Below are positions 52,801 through 64,000 of a DNA stretch of 64,000 nt, piece after piece. The notes beneath the pieces are model-generated. The model was not told where the DNA came from. It was given only the letters and a program-made list of their open reading frames with translations, and did no database searches. The stretch is from the NCBI GenBank assembly GCA_012295275.1, contig CM022665.1, positions 36,022,001-36,086,000 of the forward strand, in the 5' to 3' direction. This DNA is from Chrysomallon squamiferum. Its lineage: Eukaryota > Animalia > Mollusca. The position numbers were made by a program, and so were the translations under genes. Within the stretch, counting starts at the first letter, position 1, and the number at the start of each line of letters is the position of its first letter.

Positions 52801-55800
52801 ATTGTTGCAACAGCAGGTAGTACTATAATCATAAAGGGTTCTATTAACTTTTAAAAAAAAGATCAGAATGCACTATATCAATGCCAAAACAACTGATTTC
52901 ACTGGAACTACCCCAAGTGATGCTATAAACAAAGTGCACACTAGTTACCATATATTAATCAAGGTTTTTTCTCTCAGCATTGTAACTGATTTTACATTCT
53001 AAGTTATCACTATACTTATTTCTACAGAAATAAAGAAATAACAACCTTGTTAATTTCACTAGTTTCGTGGCCACACTACTCTACATGCTTTGTTCTAATC
53101 AGAAATAGGAATGTTCTATATATATATATATCAACAAAGTTTCAGAAGCCTAGACAGAGCAGTATAGTGGCTGTATGTTATAATATATCTTGGAGGCCAG
53201 AAAAAAAAGTAATAATAATAATAATAATAATAATGATAATTGAAAAAAAATCACAAAATAAATGCAGTTGAAATCTATAGTGAAAAAATAACAGTGTCCT
53301 TAAGATTTATCTAGCATGTTTACCTTTAAACTTATTGTGGCCAGGTGCGTACAGCACCCTCACACAAAAACTACACAAGTTCGATTTCGATTACATCTTT
53401 AATTCTTCTCTTTGTTTCTATAACACAATAGGCAATTGTAGTATAACACTATAGACAATAATATCATAGTTATATTGCAGAGAATTGGCTCACACGTCTT
53501 CCTCTCTTGCCAGATATTCTCTCTTCTCTCTTGAACTCTCTTTCACCACAGTCACACAGATAACATTTCACACCCCTGACCAATACTGGCAGACCATTAC
53601 TGTCCTGGGTTCCTTAAGAAAACACCAGTGACAGTGTTTAACCTATTTTAATGTCCCAGGTGTCTTGGAGGAATTTCCCAAGTACTTTACATTTAAACAA
53701 GGAGAAATAAACCTCACACGTCAGTGGGTGTTTATGTATCTTTGGATTGTGCTTTAAGTTCAGTCCCACACATTATATTAGTAAATGCATGCACATAAAT
53801 TATATATCTATCCAGTACTTACTGTTTTTGTGGAAATGGAATGCGGTATCTAGTTCTAAAAAGCACCAGTGCATCATGTAACTGTCGAAAATGTTTGTAA
53901 CGTCTATGTACAGTCCATGTATAATCTCCATGTTTAACCTCAATAGTGTACCTAAGATAAACATTATTATTATAAAAATGAATTATCTTTATTGAAAATG
54001 CATTTATTAAATTCTACACAAACTATTCCGAGTTATTTTTTGGTATTTCACTTCAGGAAAGAGAGAGAGAGAGAAAAAAAAAAAATAATTGAAATTTACA
54101 AAAAATATAGAAAAATGTAATTGGTGTTTCTAGAGGAAAAAATATTACATACACATTAACATCAGAAAAAAAAAAAAAAAAAATGAAAATTAAAAAATCA
54201 AGTCTAAAACAAACTCTGAATTGAACAAACCACAATGTGTATCTAATGCCCAATCAAGCAAGTACTCCAGAACTGAAGTCACAATGGCTATGATATATAC
54301 TGTTCTTTCATTATGAAGATGCATGTTAATGAAGTATTTGTTGCTGCTTAATTTTATTAAGGAAGGAATATCCTAGCAATATACTCTATACACATTTTTA
54401 ATCTACTGTTAAAAAGTGCTGTCTCCATTTGCAGCAAGGCAGAAAAACCTATATATATATATATACTATGACTGACGGGCTTTTGTTTAATTAAAACTAG
54501 TTTACAGAGTTTATTATTATGACATTATATAAATCAATTAAATTTTTATTTAAAATTAATAATCGTTACAATTTAATAAAAAATTATTTTACAACATTAT
54601 CCACTGATGACAGTATATTAATGTAAAAAACTCACAGGTATGGGTTGAGCACTTTAGTTGCCCCCTGTCGCTCATGGTGAGTTATTTTCACATTGACTGG
54701 CTCATCAGGAATCCAACAGTTTTCTCGAAGATTCTCAAACCCAATTGGCTTGTCGAAGATAGTTTTGTACTTTTTGGATGGATTACCTGTAAACATTAAA
54801 GTTTAGAATTTTATATTTTAACTTTGTTTCTAATGATATATTATTAAAAATTAACCATATTATATTTAAGCAGTTTTTTTGAGGGTTTTTTTGATATTTT
54901 ATATTATACAATATATCTTCCTGTCTATATAAATAGTTTACATACCAGTTTAAATTAATAAAATATTTTATATTTTCTTATACAGATTTAATTAACAGTT
55001 GTACCCTTCTTCAAGACATATGTTTGTAACAGTGTACATCAGTTATGTGGTCTACTGTATGACTAAACTTTAGATTTAGGGATTAAATACTAGACAGTTG
55101 ATAAAATAATAATGATAAAATAATAATAATAACAATAATAATAATAATAATAATAAGAAGAAGAAGAAGAAGAAGAAGAAAAGAAAGATATAAAAAATAC
55201 ATGAAGATTAAATTTTCACTTGCATTGTTCCAGTGGAAAAATGTAAATATGTATCATTGTATGTATGTATAAAATTATAAACAGAATTATAGATATAAAC
55301 AGGCATTCTGACACTGTGACAGTTTATGATAGTGGTAAGGAAAGAGTAATTTTAAACTTGTACAGCGCACTGGTATATGTAAACTATCACATATATCTAT
55401 ATAAACAATTTATAGTTGAGTTGAAAGTTTTAAACATTTTGCATTCCTATTGTAATGAATCATCAATTATGATTAGGAAATATGTTGAGTTTATCATAAC
55501 AAAATAGGAATTTAACATCAGTGAAATATCCGATTACAAAACAACTACTGAAACTCTAAGATCCTGGAATGGGAAAAAGAGAGGTAAAAAAAACAAAAAA
55601 CAAATTGGTTATTCCTTATATATATTTAACATTTAATATTTTTAAAATTCATCTATGATGTAAATTCACATAGGAAATTATAGTCTTAAAAGAAAATTAA
55701 TGTTAAATATTTTATATCCTAAAATGCATTACAATATTTTATGTAGTATATTGCACTAGAGTAAGAATAAACACTTAAAATGACAGATCAATATTAAAAC

Positions 55801-58008
55801 CATGTAACAAAAAGAAAATATGTCAACAGGTCCTTTTAGTTTGCCTTGCACTGTATAAATACACAGAAAGGCAATAATTTTTAAATTAATGTCCGTCTTT
55901 TATCTCAGTATTGACCATAGTCTTATGATATAAATATTTTTTTATTTTAACATTTGTTGGCATTAACCAAAATGAACTATTTTAAATTTTCTGTTTCCTG
56001 ATATGTTGCTTATAATTCATGTTTTATAGTCCGCAGTAAGTAGATATGGAAAATATGTAATTTATGAATTTTTGTTTGTGAATACTAAATGCTCATCAAC
56101 CCCTTGGAAACATTTTGGAAAACCACAATGGTAAATTTCAAATATTATTTAAGGGTTAGATTTTTGCTATGTACTGTTATTTCCAATTCCAGCAAAGAAT
56201 CAACATATATATGAATTAATTAATTTATGAAATATAATTTATATTCCTTTAATATTAACATTATTATTTGTTATTTACAGTAGTAATGCTTTTAATATTA
56301 TGATTATGTTTTTTATTATACTGTAACGATATGAATGATGACGAAAAATAATTAATTATAAATTTTCCTAAAAAGCACCACATCAGCATCTCTTGATATC
56401 AGCACTATATTTCAATAAATGCATGTATATCTTCATATATTTCACTATATTTTGAAAGAAAACTAAATTACAAAATGTTGGATTGGTTCTAAAAATATTA
56501 AAATAATAATAATAATAATAATAATAATAATTAAATGAAAATAAAAAATCAAACAAAAAAATATTTGAAAGAATATAAAAATAAAAAAACACTGGATATT
56601 AAAAGCACTTTTTTATTACTTGCACTTAGATAGCATGTAGAGGTAGAGTTTACATTTATATTTTCTGGTGTAATAGAATACCTATAAAACAAAATGCTGG
56701 ACCATAAACTGATCAAGATTAAAACATAAAATATATATATGTGGTTTTCTATGGCCATAAAGATATATATATATATACATATAATAAAAATAAATAAATA
56801 AATAAATAATAAAAAAGAGAAATACATGATCCTGTGGAAAAAAATTGAAACATGGACATAACACACACAGAGAATACCTTGTCTAATATTAATTAATAAT
56901 AAACAAAATGTTTATTCATTGGTTTCTAGGATAACCATATACATTTCAATTAAAAATGATAACAAAGAAAAAAAACTGTATAGATCTATATGTTTTACTA
57001 TGAATAAAAAGTTAAACAAAGTGTCTTGAGGTTTGTGTATGTATGGCCATAACTAAAATCTTACCATTGTTGAACCAAATTTCTTTTTAAATCTATTCAG
57101 AGTAACAATATTAGAAATATAAAAATATTCAATTTAAACAAAAGTTACATAATGATTAGATGCATTATGAATAAGAAGCTGAAGTATAAATGCTATGATT
57201 TAAAAAAACAAAAAAACAAATGCGACAATGATTGTGTCACACACTAATTATTCTAATACAGTGGTTTTTGCACCATACCTTTTTCTTAGACAATATATAT
57301 TGAAATATGTACTATTGTGCCCCATGTCCCTGGTGTTGTTTAATGATTTCAGCTTTCAGTATGACAGCAAAGTAATTTATTGGAACAATTATTAATATAA
57401 ATGTAAAAATGTGCATTCAGCACACACACACACACACACACATATTAAGTTGTAATTAAGTTAATACTTATACAAATGCTTGTCGTAATCGCTCAAAACT
57501 TGTTAATTGCTCTTTCTTGTTACTTTTGGCAATACTGAATAAGCCTTTTGTACAAAGACGCTTTAAAATATCGGTCTTTGTTAATGAAAAGAATAATCGA
57601 TTAATCTGAAAGAAATTTAAAACTAAAAATGTAAATCAATCAGCAGCTGAACCGTGCAAGATCTCAAAAATGAAGCAATTGATAAATCATACTAAATAAC
57701 TAAGAATTATTGACCTGCCTTTGCAACAACAACAAAAAAGGATCAGTAAAATAACAAAATAAAATTTCAAGCCGACTTGTACTGATTATCAGAATTTTAC
57801 CAAATACACTGCCTGGTGTTGTCGGAGGAGGTGATCGAAGTCCTCCGTCAAGGTAATCAGATGGTGTTTCTGGTATAGGTGATAAATCGTCAAATTCCTC
57901 TTCGGACTCATACGACTCCCAATTTGCAACCGAAAAACGTCTCAAAAAATCATTAGTAGTATCCGAAATACCCAACTCATTCAATGTCTTGTTGTCTGGA
58001 TGTTCCAT
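31590..58008 (-). CDS. PLD1: Phospholipase D, classical PX-PH-HKD-HKD type (PLD1/2-like), 24 coding exons, 1398 aa
   Basis: Exons joined by hand at GT-AG sites with matching phases (4197 nt including stop). PX ([21 protein letters not shown]), PH ([24 protein letters not shown]), HKD1 ([11 protein letters not shown]), [18 protein letters not shown]2 ([20 protein letters not shown]), C-terminus PSYIWT* (cf. PxEVWT of mammalian PLD1/2). Symbol is by family; orthology to PLD1 versus PLD2 is not resolved. Confidence 0.96.
32266..32380 (-). CDS. PLD1: PLD exon 23
   Basis: EHLG...[22 protein letters not shown]. Confidence 0.95.
33161..33384 (-). CDS. PLD1: PLD exon 22, second HKD motif
   Basis: [38 protein letters not shown]. 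Confidence 0.97.
33794..33861 (-). CDS. PLD1: PLD exon 21
   Basis: [22 protein letters not shown]. Confidence 0.96.
34455..34618 (-). CDS. PLD1: PLD exon 20
   Basis: [16 protein letters not shown]...[10 protein letters not shown]. Confidence 0.97.
35203..35405 (-). CDS. PLD1: PLD exon 19
   Basis: [11 protein letters not shown]...[10 protein letters not shown]...RILTAH. Confidence 0.97.
36039..36149 (-). CDS. PLD1: PLD exon 18
   Basis: [16 protein letters not shown]...VKTQ. Confidence 0.92.
38553..38671 (-). CDS. PLD1: PLD exon 17
   Basis: [17 protein letters not shown]...[16 protein letters not shown]. Confidence 0.97.
39742..39902 (-). CDS. PLD1: PLD exon 16
   Basis: ...[26 protein letters not shown]; tandem GAGCAG acceptor. 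Confidence 0.92.
40691..40737 (-). CDS. PLD1: PLD exon 15 (47 nt)
   Basis: [15 protein letters not shown]; ttttcag/gtaaag; supplies the phase 0 to 2 bridge needed for exon 16. Confidence 0.8.
41939..43024 (-). CDS. PLD1: PLD exon 14, 362-codon low-complexity loop exon
   Basis: 1086 nt open frame between tttcag and gtaagt, phase 0-0; contains the supplied 321 aa ORF. Confidence 0.88.
43465..43567 (-). CDS. PLD1: PLD exon 13, start of loop
   Basis: LTDLGS...DITE; cag/gtaaag. Confidence 0.92.
43836..43975 (-). CDS. PLD1: PLD exon 12, first HKD motif
   Basis: VLRHPDH...[29 protein letters not shown]. Confidence 0.97.
44168..44281 (-). CDS. PLD1: PLD exon 11
   Basis: [26 protein letters not shown]...HPENIK. 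Confidence 0.96.
44769..44850 (-). CDS. PLD1: PLD exon 10
   Basis: [10 protein letters not shown]...[11 protein letters not shown]. Confidence 0.96.
45203..45286 (-). CDS. PLD1: PLD exon 9
   Basis: [28 protein letters not shown]. Confidence 0.96.
45750..45899 (-). CDS. PLD1: PLD exon 8
   Basis: [15 protein letters not shown]...[17 protein letters not shown]. Confidence 0.95.
46826..46978 (-). CDS. PLD1: PLD exon 7, PH domain
   Basis: [17 protein letters not shown]...ISNLSR. Confidence 0.95.
47578..47735 (-). CDS. PLD1: PLD exon 6, start of PH domain with di-cysteine
   Basis: [40 protein letters not shown]; the CC resembles the palmitoylated PH-domain cysteines of mammalian PLD1. Confidence 0.95.
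48005..48195. repeat. ~35 bp minisatellite in PLD intron 5
   Basis: ttatttatataactgttctgttaatc-like unit about five times. Confidence 0.7.
48324..48389 (-). CDS. PLD1: PLD exon 5
   Basis: [22 protein letters not shown]; ttttcag/gtaagt. Confidence 0.93.
49689..49824 (-). CDS. PLD1: PLD exon 4
   Basis: YQERRRT...RFPLRPEAL...EQRK; ag/gtaaat. Confidence 0.9.
52263..53083 (-). mobile_element. Degenerate pogo/Tc-mariner-type DNA transposon remnant in PLD intron 3 (right end approximate)
   Basis: End tagggtaagctggggtaa with internal ggggtaa repeats; 52745-52627 (-) reads W...AV...[19 protein letters not shown], a pipsqueak-type HTH. Confidence 0.5.
53823..53951 (-). CDS. PLD1: PLD exon 3, PX domain
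   Basis: [28 protein letters not shown]; ag/gtaagt. Confidence 0.95.
54636..54786 (-). CDS. PLD1: PLD exon 2 (GNPSKKY...VLNPYL), start of PX
   Basis: tttacag acceptor, gtgagt donor, phases 1/2. Confidence 0.9.
57801..58008 (-). CDS. PLD1: PLD exon 1 (MEHPDNKT...PGSVF)
   Basis: ATG at 58008 with an in-frame stop upstream; phase-1 donor G|GTAAAA fits exon 2. Confidence 0.8.
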
Positions 58009-58111
58009 TCTAATGTATGAGTACACATGTTACATGCCGTGGTTTAAACAACATGACTGGAAGCTCGTACAAACACACATCATTCCATCTTTTTATTTTG
58101 CAGAAAACAAA

Positions 58112-58132
58112 ATCACGTGACACGCACTTCCG
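58112..58132 (-). promoter_or_regulatory. PLD TATA-less promoter motifs
   Basis: CGGAAGT (ETS-type) next to GTCACGTGAT (E-box), ~105-125 nt upstream of the ATG, where CpG density rises. Confidence 0.55.
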
Positions 58133-60066
58133 TTGGTGTGGCCTCTTCCTTATGGAATTTCCCAGTGCTGATAACAAGAGATGCTAATGTGGTGCTTTTT
58201 AGGAAAATGTATAACTAATTATTTTCGTCATCATTCATATTGTCTTTCAACTGATATATTTACGAAGATGATGTGTGAGTGTAGTTATTTTTGTTGTCTG
58301 CATCAGCCTGAGTAAACAAATTTTAGAAAAAGTACACATAAACGTGTCACTGAGTTATTGTTCTTTCCATTCAGTAATTACGTTCTATTTTCAACGAAGA
58401 AAGAAATATTCGATTAATATCACAAGTTATGAAACATTTTGTTTTCGTTTCTTTTCATTTTTATTTTTAGATTACAAGGATCATTTCTGATTTAATTTGG
58501 CGAGCATATACGCACAAACATACGAATTCGAATATACATATTAAATTAATGAATAATAATTGATTAAAATATCTGAATTTTAAACCGCCTGACATTATAA
58601 TTATTTAAATTTTAAAATAACAATATATCGACGGGTTAAATAAATATTTCAGTCTCCGGTATCGATTATTTTGGAATCTTAGGTATTACATTTTTGTATC
58701 TGGAACTATAATGAAAAAGGATGGGTTACAATAATTGTAGTCTAACCAAACAATTAATATTATTATTACCGATCCCAGCGTGTTGATTGCGTAGGCAAGC
58801 AGACCTATATGACACAGCTGACTTAAGAAACACGTTCAAATTTCCGCATCACATGAACTGTGTGTCGTTACCGTATACGAAGCCGATGTCATGAATGAAA
58901 CTTTATATAGAACTCTCATAATGAAATAGGTTACTTGTTTAAGGTAACAATAACATAACTGAATAGACCTAAAGTTGTGCTAATTTTTATTTATTTATTT
59001 ATTTTTATTATTATTTTCATTTTTTTTTCCACGCAAAAATGACATTAATCAGACATCTAGTCGGACGTTATGTATTATTGCCAATCATCATTAAGCAACT
59101 AAAAATTGGTATCTGAAAATGTTGTTTAAGCTTGAGTCTACAGACGTCGGAGAATTTTATTTATTCATTACAATCAGCGATATTTCTTTGTTTATCATTT
59201 GATTTATTTTGTATGTTATTATTGTGGTGTTGTTGCTGTTGTTGTTGTTGTTGTTGTTGTTCTTCTTCTTCTTCTTCTTCTTATTATTATTATTATTAAT
59301 TGCTACTTTTGTTGTAGTTAGTAGTAGTAGTAGATTTTTTTATTTTTTTATTTATTAGTCTTTCCATTTTTATTTTATTATAATTATGTTGTTTTGTTTT
59401 GTTTGTCTTTTTTATTTTCTTTTTTTTTTTTTAAAAAAGAAGAAAATATCAACAAAAAAAACCCCAAAACAACACTCTCAAAAAACAAACAAAACAAAAA
59501 CAAAAACAAATCAAAGACCCCCCCACAAAAAAAAAATGAAGAAAACAAAATATGCGTTAACAAGCTCTAAGTAAAAACAGTAAATAAATAAATACAAATT
59601 CTACTGAGTAACAAATCAATAAACCCATACAGTTCCGTTATAACAGCACCTCTGATTATATGATATATCAATATAGCGTGATCTAATTCAATATAAATTA
59701 TTCGTATTATAAAAAATAAAAATAAAATAAAATAAACCACCTAAAAATAATGTAAATGATCAATTACGTAATTATTTCCGAGAACAGTTATTGCATGTGT
59801 GATTAATATAGTTGTTAATAGTCACCATTAGCATTATATCTTCTTATCAACATTTTATTTAACCACTTGCAGATGTTACTGTTTTGTTCGTTAGCAGTAT
59901 TATATAACTATCTACATTTAATATACGTTCTGATAGATATATCAATCTAAACAATAAATATGTGAGTGAGGAGATAAATGCTGTGCGGATTTTTATGGTA
60001 TTAACAGCAGGATTTAGTGATTATCAGCAAGAATATATATCCACTGCATAGCCTTAGATATTTAAT

Positions 60067-60136
<70 letters not shown>

Positions 60137-60206
60137 CAGTTATACACACCTGTTTATCTCCCTTTGTTGTCATCGCAATTTGTTACAGTGGTGTTAATAT
60201 GTACAA

Positions 60207-60248
<42 letters not shown>

Positions 60249-61187
60249 CATCATCATCATCATTATTATTATTATTATCGGCACACTTTAAAATGCAGAA
60301 CTATATATTTGTTCCGCTTTCGGATATTACACTTTGTTATAATATTAATATTCTTTCCAATTCTTTTTCTTCTATTACGTTTTTCTAATTTTTTATTTTG
60401 GATTAAAAATTTTGTTTCTTTCAATTTACATATCGGTTGATTTATTCACCAACATCCAAACTGACTATTACAAAAATAATATTATTTTTATATATATTTA
60501 AAATATTCTGATTAAATTTGTTTTTAATAACAATAAAAAAAATAAAAGCTCACGATACTATAACTTACAGATCTAGAACATCTTCTTATCTTACGTTTAG
60601 AGACGACAGATGTCATTTTTGTTTTAATTCTCGCGCAGTACGAACTCCTAGTATAAAAGCCGCAGCTGATCTGTCTACTAATTACATCTACTAACAAACA
60701 CGTGCTGGCATAACTCGAAAGTATTTTCATTATCAGTACAATCTTCTTTTTTTAACAATAAAAATAAAATTCACATGAAGAGAATATTGTGGTTGTTGTT
60801 GCAGTTGTTGTCGTTGGTGCTGTTATGCGTAGATTATTACTACTGACTATCTTATTTATAATTTTGTTAGCGTTTTATTTATTTATTTTGTTTTTGTAAT
60901 TTGTTTTGTTTGCTTCCTTTGTTTGTTTGTTTGTTTGTTTATATATTTGTTTTTAAATGTTTCTTCCATTTTTTTAATTTCTTACTTTTTAATTTCTTCT
61001 TCCTTGTTTATTTTTTTTTATTCTCTTTTCATTTTTTCATTTTTTTATTATTTATTTATTTTTTGTTTTGTTTGTTTTGAAATGCCATCTTTTATCATTA
61101 CTTTAAATGTTAAAGCAATATAGAATTTTTCTTCTTCAAAATGTTATTGTTTTGTTTTCATTTTCCTAAAAGTAAGCTTTCTTTAAG

Positions 61188-61222
<35 letters not shown>

Positions 61223-61289
61223 AGAAGAAAGAAATTTTAAAATGAAGGAAAACATATAAAATAAAAAAAGAGGTTTCGTGTCGTATAAT

Positions 61290-62202
61290 ATACGATCTAT
61301 TTTGGTATTTGTGTTTGGCATTTAATATTTTTTGTTACACCAAAGTCAAAGTTGTTTATGCCATTAATGTCTTATAACTGTTACACGAACTATTTTTTGT
61401 GTGGTAATTTGGCATTAAACTTCAAATACTATCCTTCCTATTTTTGAACTAAGGTTAAACATTAAATGTCTTGCACCGAAAACTAATTTAGAAATTTGTT
61501 TTTAATGTAAATGACTTACGGTCACTTATTTACCACCTGGTGATGCACAACGGAATTAGGACATGAAATTACTCCGATTTCTTTTTTTGAAGTAGGCCAT
61601 AGTCGATTGAACACCTCTAAATGGTGTTTGTTTTCTTCTCCTTTTTAAATTTATTTTTTTACTTTTTTTTAAATATATTTTATTTAACATTAAGTGTCCA
61701 ATATTATTTTATTTAAATTATATTATCATATAAAATGTCTTTTATTACCAAATATATTCTGAATATTTATTTTTCTCATTAAACGTCAAATACACCACAA
61801 TCAGATTTTTAATCTGTGTTCGAAATCTAATGCCTTTAAATGCCTTGATATGGCACTGTTTCGGATATTGTTTTTAACATTAAATCTTAAACCGCGCAAC
61901 CTGCTGTGATTGTGTTTGTCATTCAATGACTTTTATTACAAAAGCTATCTCGCATATTGTATTTCACACGAAACTTCAAATATCACACAGTTTTGGAAAT
62001 CAGGGATGACACTGATGTTATATCATACCGAACTATTTTGTTTATTTCACAATGGCTTATTATAGTTATTAACCATCCACATATTTCACATTAAATGTCT
62101 TACGTTACATAACCCATGGCATACTTCACAAACTATTTGGTTAAATGTGTCATTATTTAATCATAACATCAGTTGTTTTTGTTGTTGTTGTTTTTTCTCT
62201 CT

Positions 62203-62265
<63 letters not shown>

Positions 62266-62455
62266 TTTTTTATTTTATTTACTTATTCATTTATTTATTT
62301 ATTTTTTTATTTTATTTTATTGTTGATGTTTTTTTGCAAATTACGTTTGGTACTGACACACATTAAATACAAAAATACGCCTACGTACTGAGATGTCACT
62401 CTGTATTATCTCAACAGGACAAACAGATGTCTTGATACCGATTAACACAGTTTTG
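61290..62455. repeat. Old degenerate tandem repeat
   Basis: Recurring cattaaatgtctt, ccgaactatttt and aaacttcaaata motifs. Confidence 0.5.
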
Positions 62456-62599
62456 TCGACATTCATCAAATGACACACAACGACTTTAAGTCGTCGTTGC
62501 AGTATTGTTCCGATTTAACACGTTAAACCACTTTTCATAGCCACAGACAGTGTGACCTTAGTACAGCAATGTTGTTGCCAACGTTCCAAATACTGCTTT

Positions 62600-62860
62600 A
62601 ATACATGTACGTTGTTGTTGACGTTACAAGTATAATTTTAATATAGGTTCGTTGTTGTCGACAATACAAATACAATTTTAATACAGGTAGGTTGTTGTCG
62701 ACGTTACAAGCATAATTGTAATACAGGTTCGTTGTCGTCGACATAACAAGTATAACTAATGCATGTAGGTTGTTGTCGATATTTTAAGTATAATTATAAT
62801 ACAGGTTCGTTGTTGTCGACGTTACAAATGTAATATTAAAACAGGTAAGTTGGTGCCAAC
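62600..62860. repeat. ~40 bp minisatellite, ~6.5 copies
   Basis: Approximate unit aatacaggttcgttgttgtcgacgttacaagtataatt(t). Confidence 0.9.
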
Positions 62861-63347
62861 TGTAGTCGTAAGACAAATATTTGTTGCCAACATTCCTTAC
62901 AATATGTACGTTGTTGTGACCTTAGTACATGTTGTTGCTGCTGACGTTCCAAGCAAAGGTTAAAGTTTTAGTTACTGCTGAGTGCATGTAGTTCATTTGA
63001 TTTTTTCTCCCTTCCTTTGATTCGTTTTCTTCTTCCGTTTTCCTTCTTTATTATTTTATTTTCGTCTTTGTGATTTCTTTCTTCTTTGTAAAATGATGAA
63101 CACAATCAAAGAAAGAAATTATCAGAACTATTTGAAAATATTTGCCACAAGGGTATCATTTTTTTTTAAAGCAACAACAGCTGCAGACAGTGATAATGTT
63201 GATGACTACGGTGAAATGAAAAAAAGAAAAGAAAAGAGTAATGTCTAAAAAGATAATAAATGAAAACCACAAGAAAACAACGTAAAAAAAAGAAACAACA
63301 ACAAAATAACAAAGCTCCACAATCATTTTATAGATTATGGTTTTTTG

Positions 63348-63379
<32 letters not shown>

Positions 63380-63579
63380 GATACACACATGCACATACAC
63401 AGACATACACACATATTAAATTGCTGTAGTCAAATAACAGACATAAATTATTCAATTCGTTCATTTGTAGAAATCTATTAAATAAAGAAACTTTTTTATA
63501 TATATTCAGGGGAGAGAGAGAGAGACACTCAGACAGCAGACAGAGAGACAGAATGATAGAGAGAAAGAGACAGATACAC

Positions 63580-63700
<121 letters not shown>

Positions 63701-63789
63701 CGGCAGTAAACCTTAACCTTTGAGAGGCATAATAACCAGTAATACCAGTAGTGTAATAATTATATTCTATTGTCACCGTTCATCTATTA

Positions 63790-63962
63790 ATTTTGTTTCA
63801 CCAGTTTTTATTATTTTTAATTACTATCTTCTGATTAATTCATCCTCCTCTAACCCCAGGTATCTGAGTGTTGAACAAAGCAGCGACTGCATAAAAGCAC
63901 TATCCTCAGTCACATCATTGTTAACTTTCGTTTATTCTCTTTCATAAACCATTTGCTTGGAA
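63790..63962 (-). mobile_element. Possible degenerate LINE reverse-transcriptase fragment
   Basis: - strand gives SKWFMKENKRKL then, frameshifted, LRYLGLEEDEL, resembling the W..N.LKLN / YLG..D segment of non-LTR RTs. Confidence 0.3.
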
Positions 63963-64000
63963 AAATTAACGTTACGGTTATAGTAAATTATAACATATAT

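Noticed and set aside
57468-57605. Extra PLD exon after a tttcag acceptor in intron 1
   Set aside because: Immediate stop in the required phase, no PLD similarity, and exons 1 and 2 already join in frame
58009-58026. PLD start at 58026 as in the ORF track
   Set aside because: That codon is GTG; the first in-frame ATG after the upstream stop is at 58008
62600-62860. Regular ~40 bp repeats as a CRISPR array
   Set aside because: Units are contiguous with no unique spacers, there are no cas genes, and the context is eukaryotic

Overview
Very AT-rich, microsatellite-dense animal genomic DNA. TTAGGG-type repeats, short GT-AG exons and mosaic CpG depletion suggest an invertebrate, plausibly a mollusc (inference). 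Three intact spliced genes were rebuilt by hand with consistent intron phases: a 4-exon fatty-acid-binding protein on + (FABP-A, 14755-21116, 137 aa); a divergent 4-exon FABP paralog on - (FABP-B, 24996-22233, 150 aa), tail-to-tail with FABP-A; and a 24-exon PX-PH-HKD-HKD phospholipase D on - (58008-31590, 1398 aa) with a very large inter-HKD loop. The left 9 kb is repeat-derived: a ~0.93 kb tandem duplication, a 2.84 kb Sola2-like DNA transposon with ~630 bp inverted arms and an AAAA target duplication, and a 1.1 kb degenerate (CCCTAA)n array facing a short inverted (TTAGGG)n tract. Most supplied ORFs are microsatellite artefacts. I see no clear-cut new multi-gene system; the best leads are the PLD loop architecture, a shared E-box in the lipid-gene promoters, and the transposon and telomere-repeat structures.
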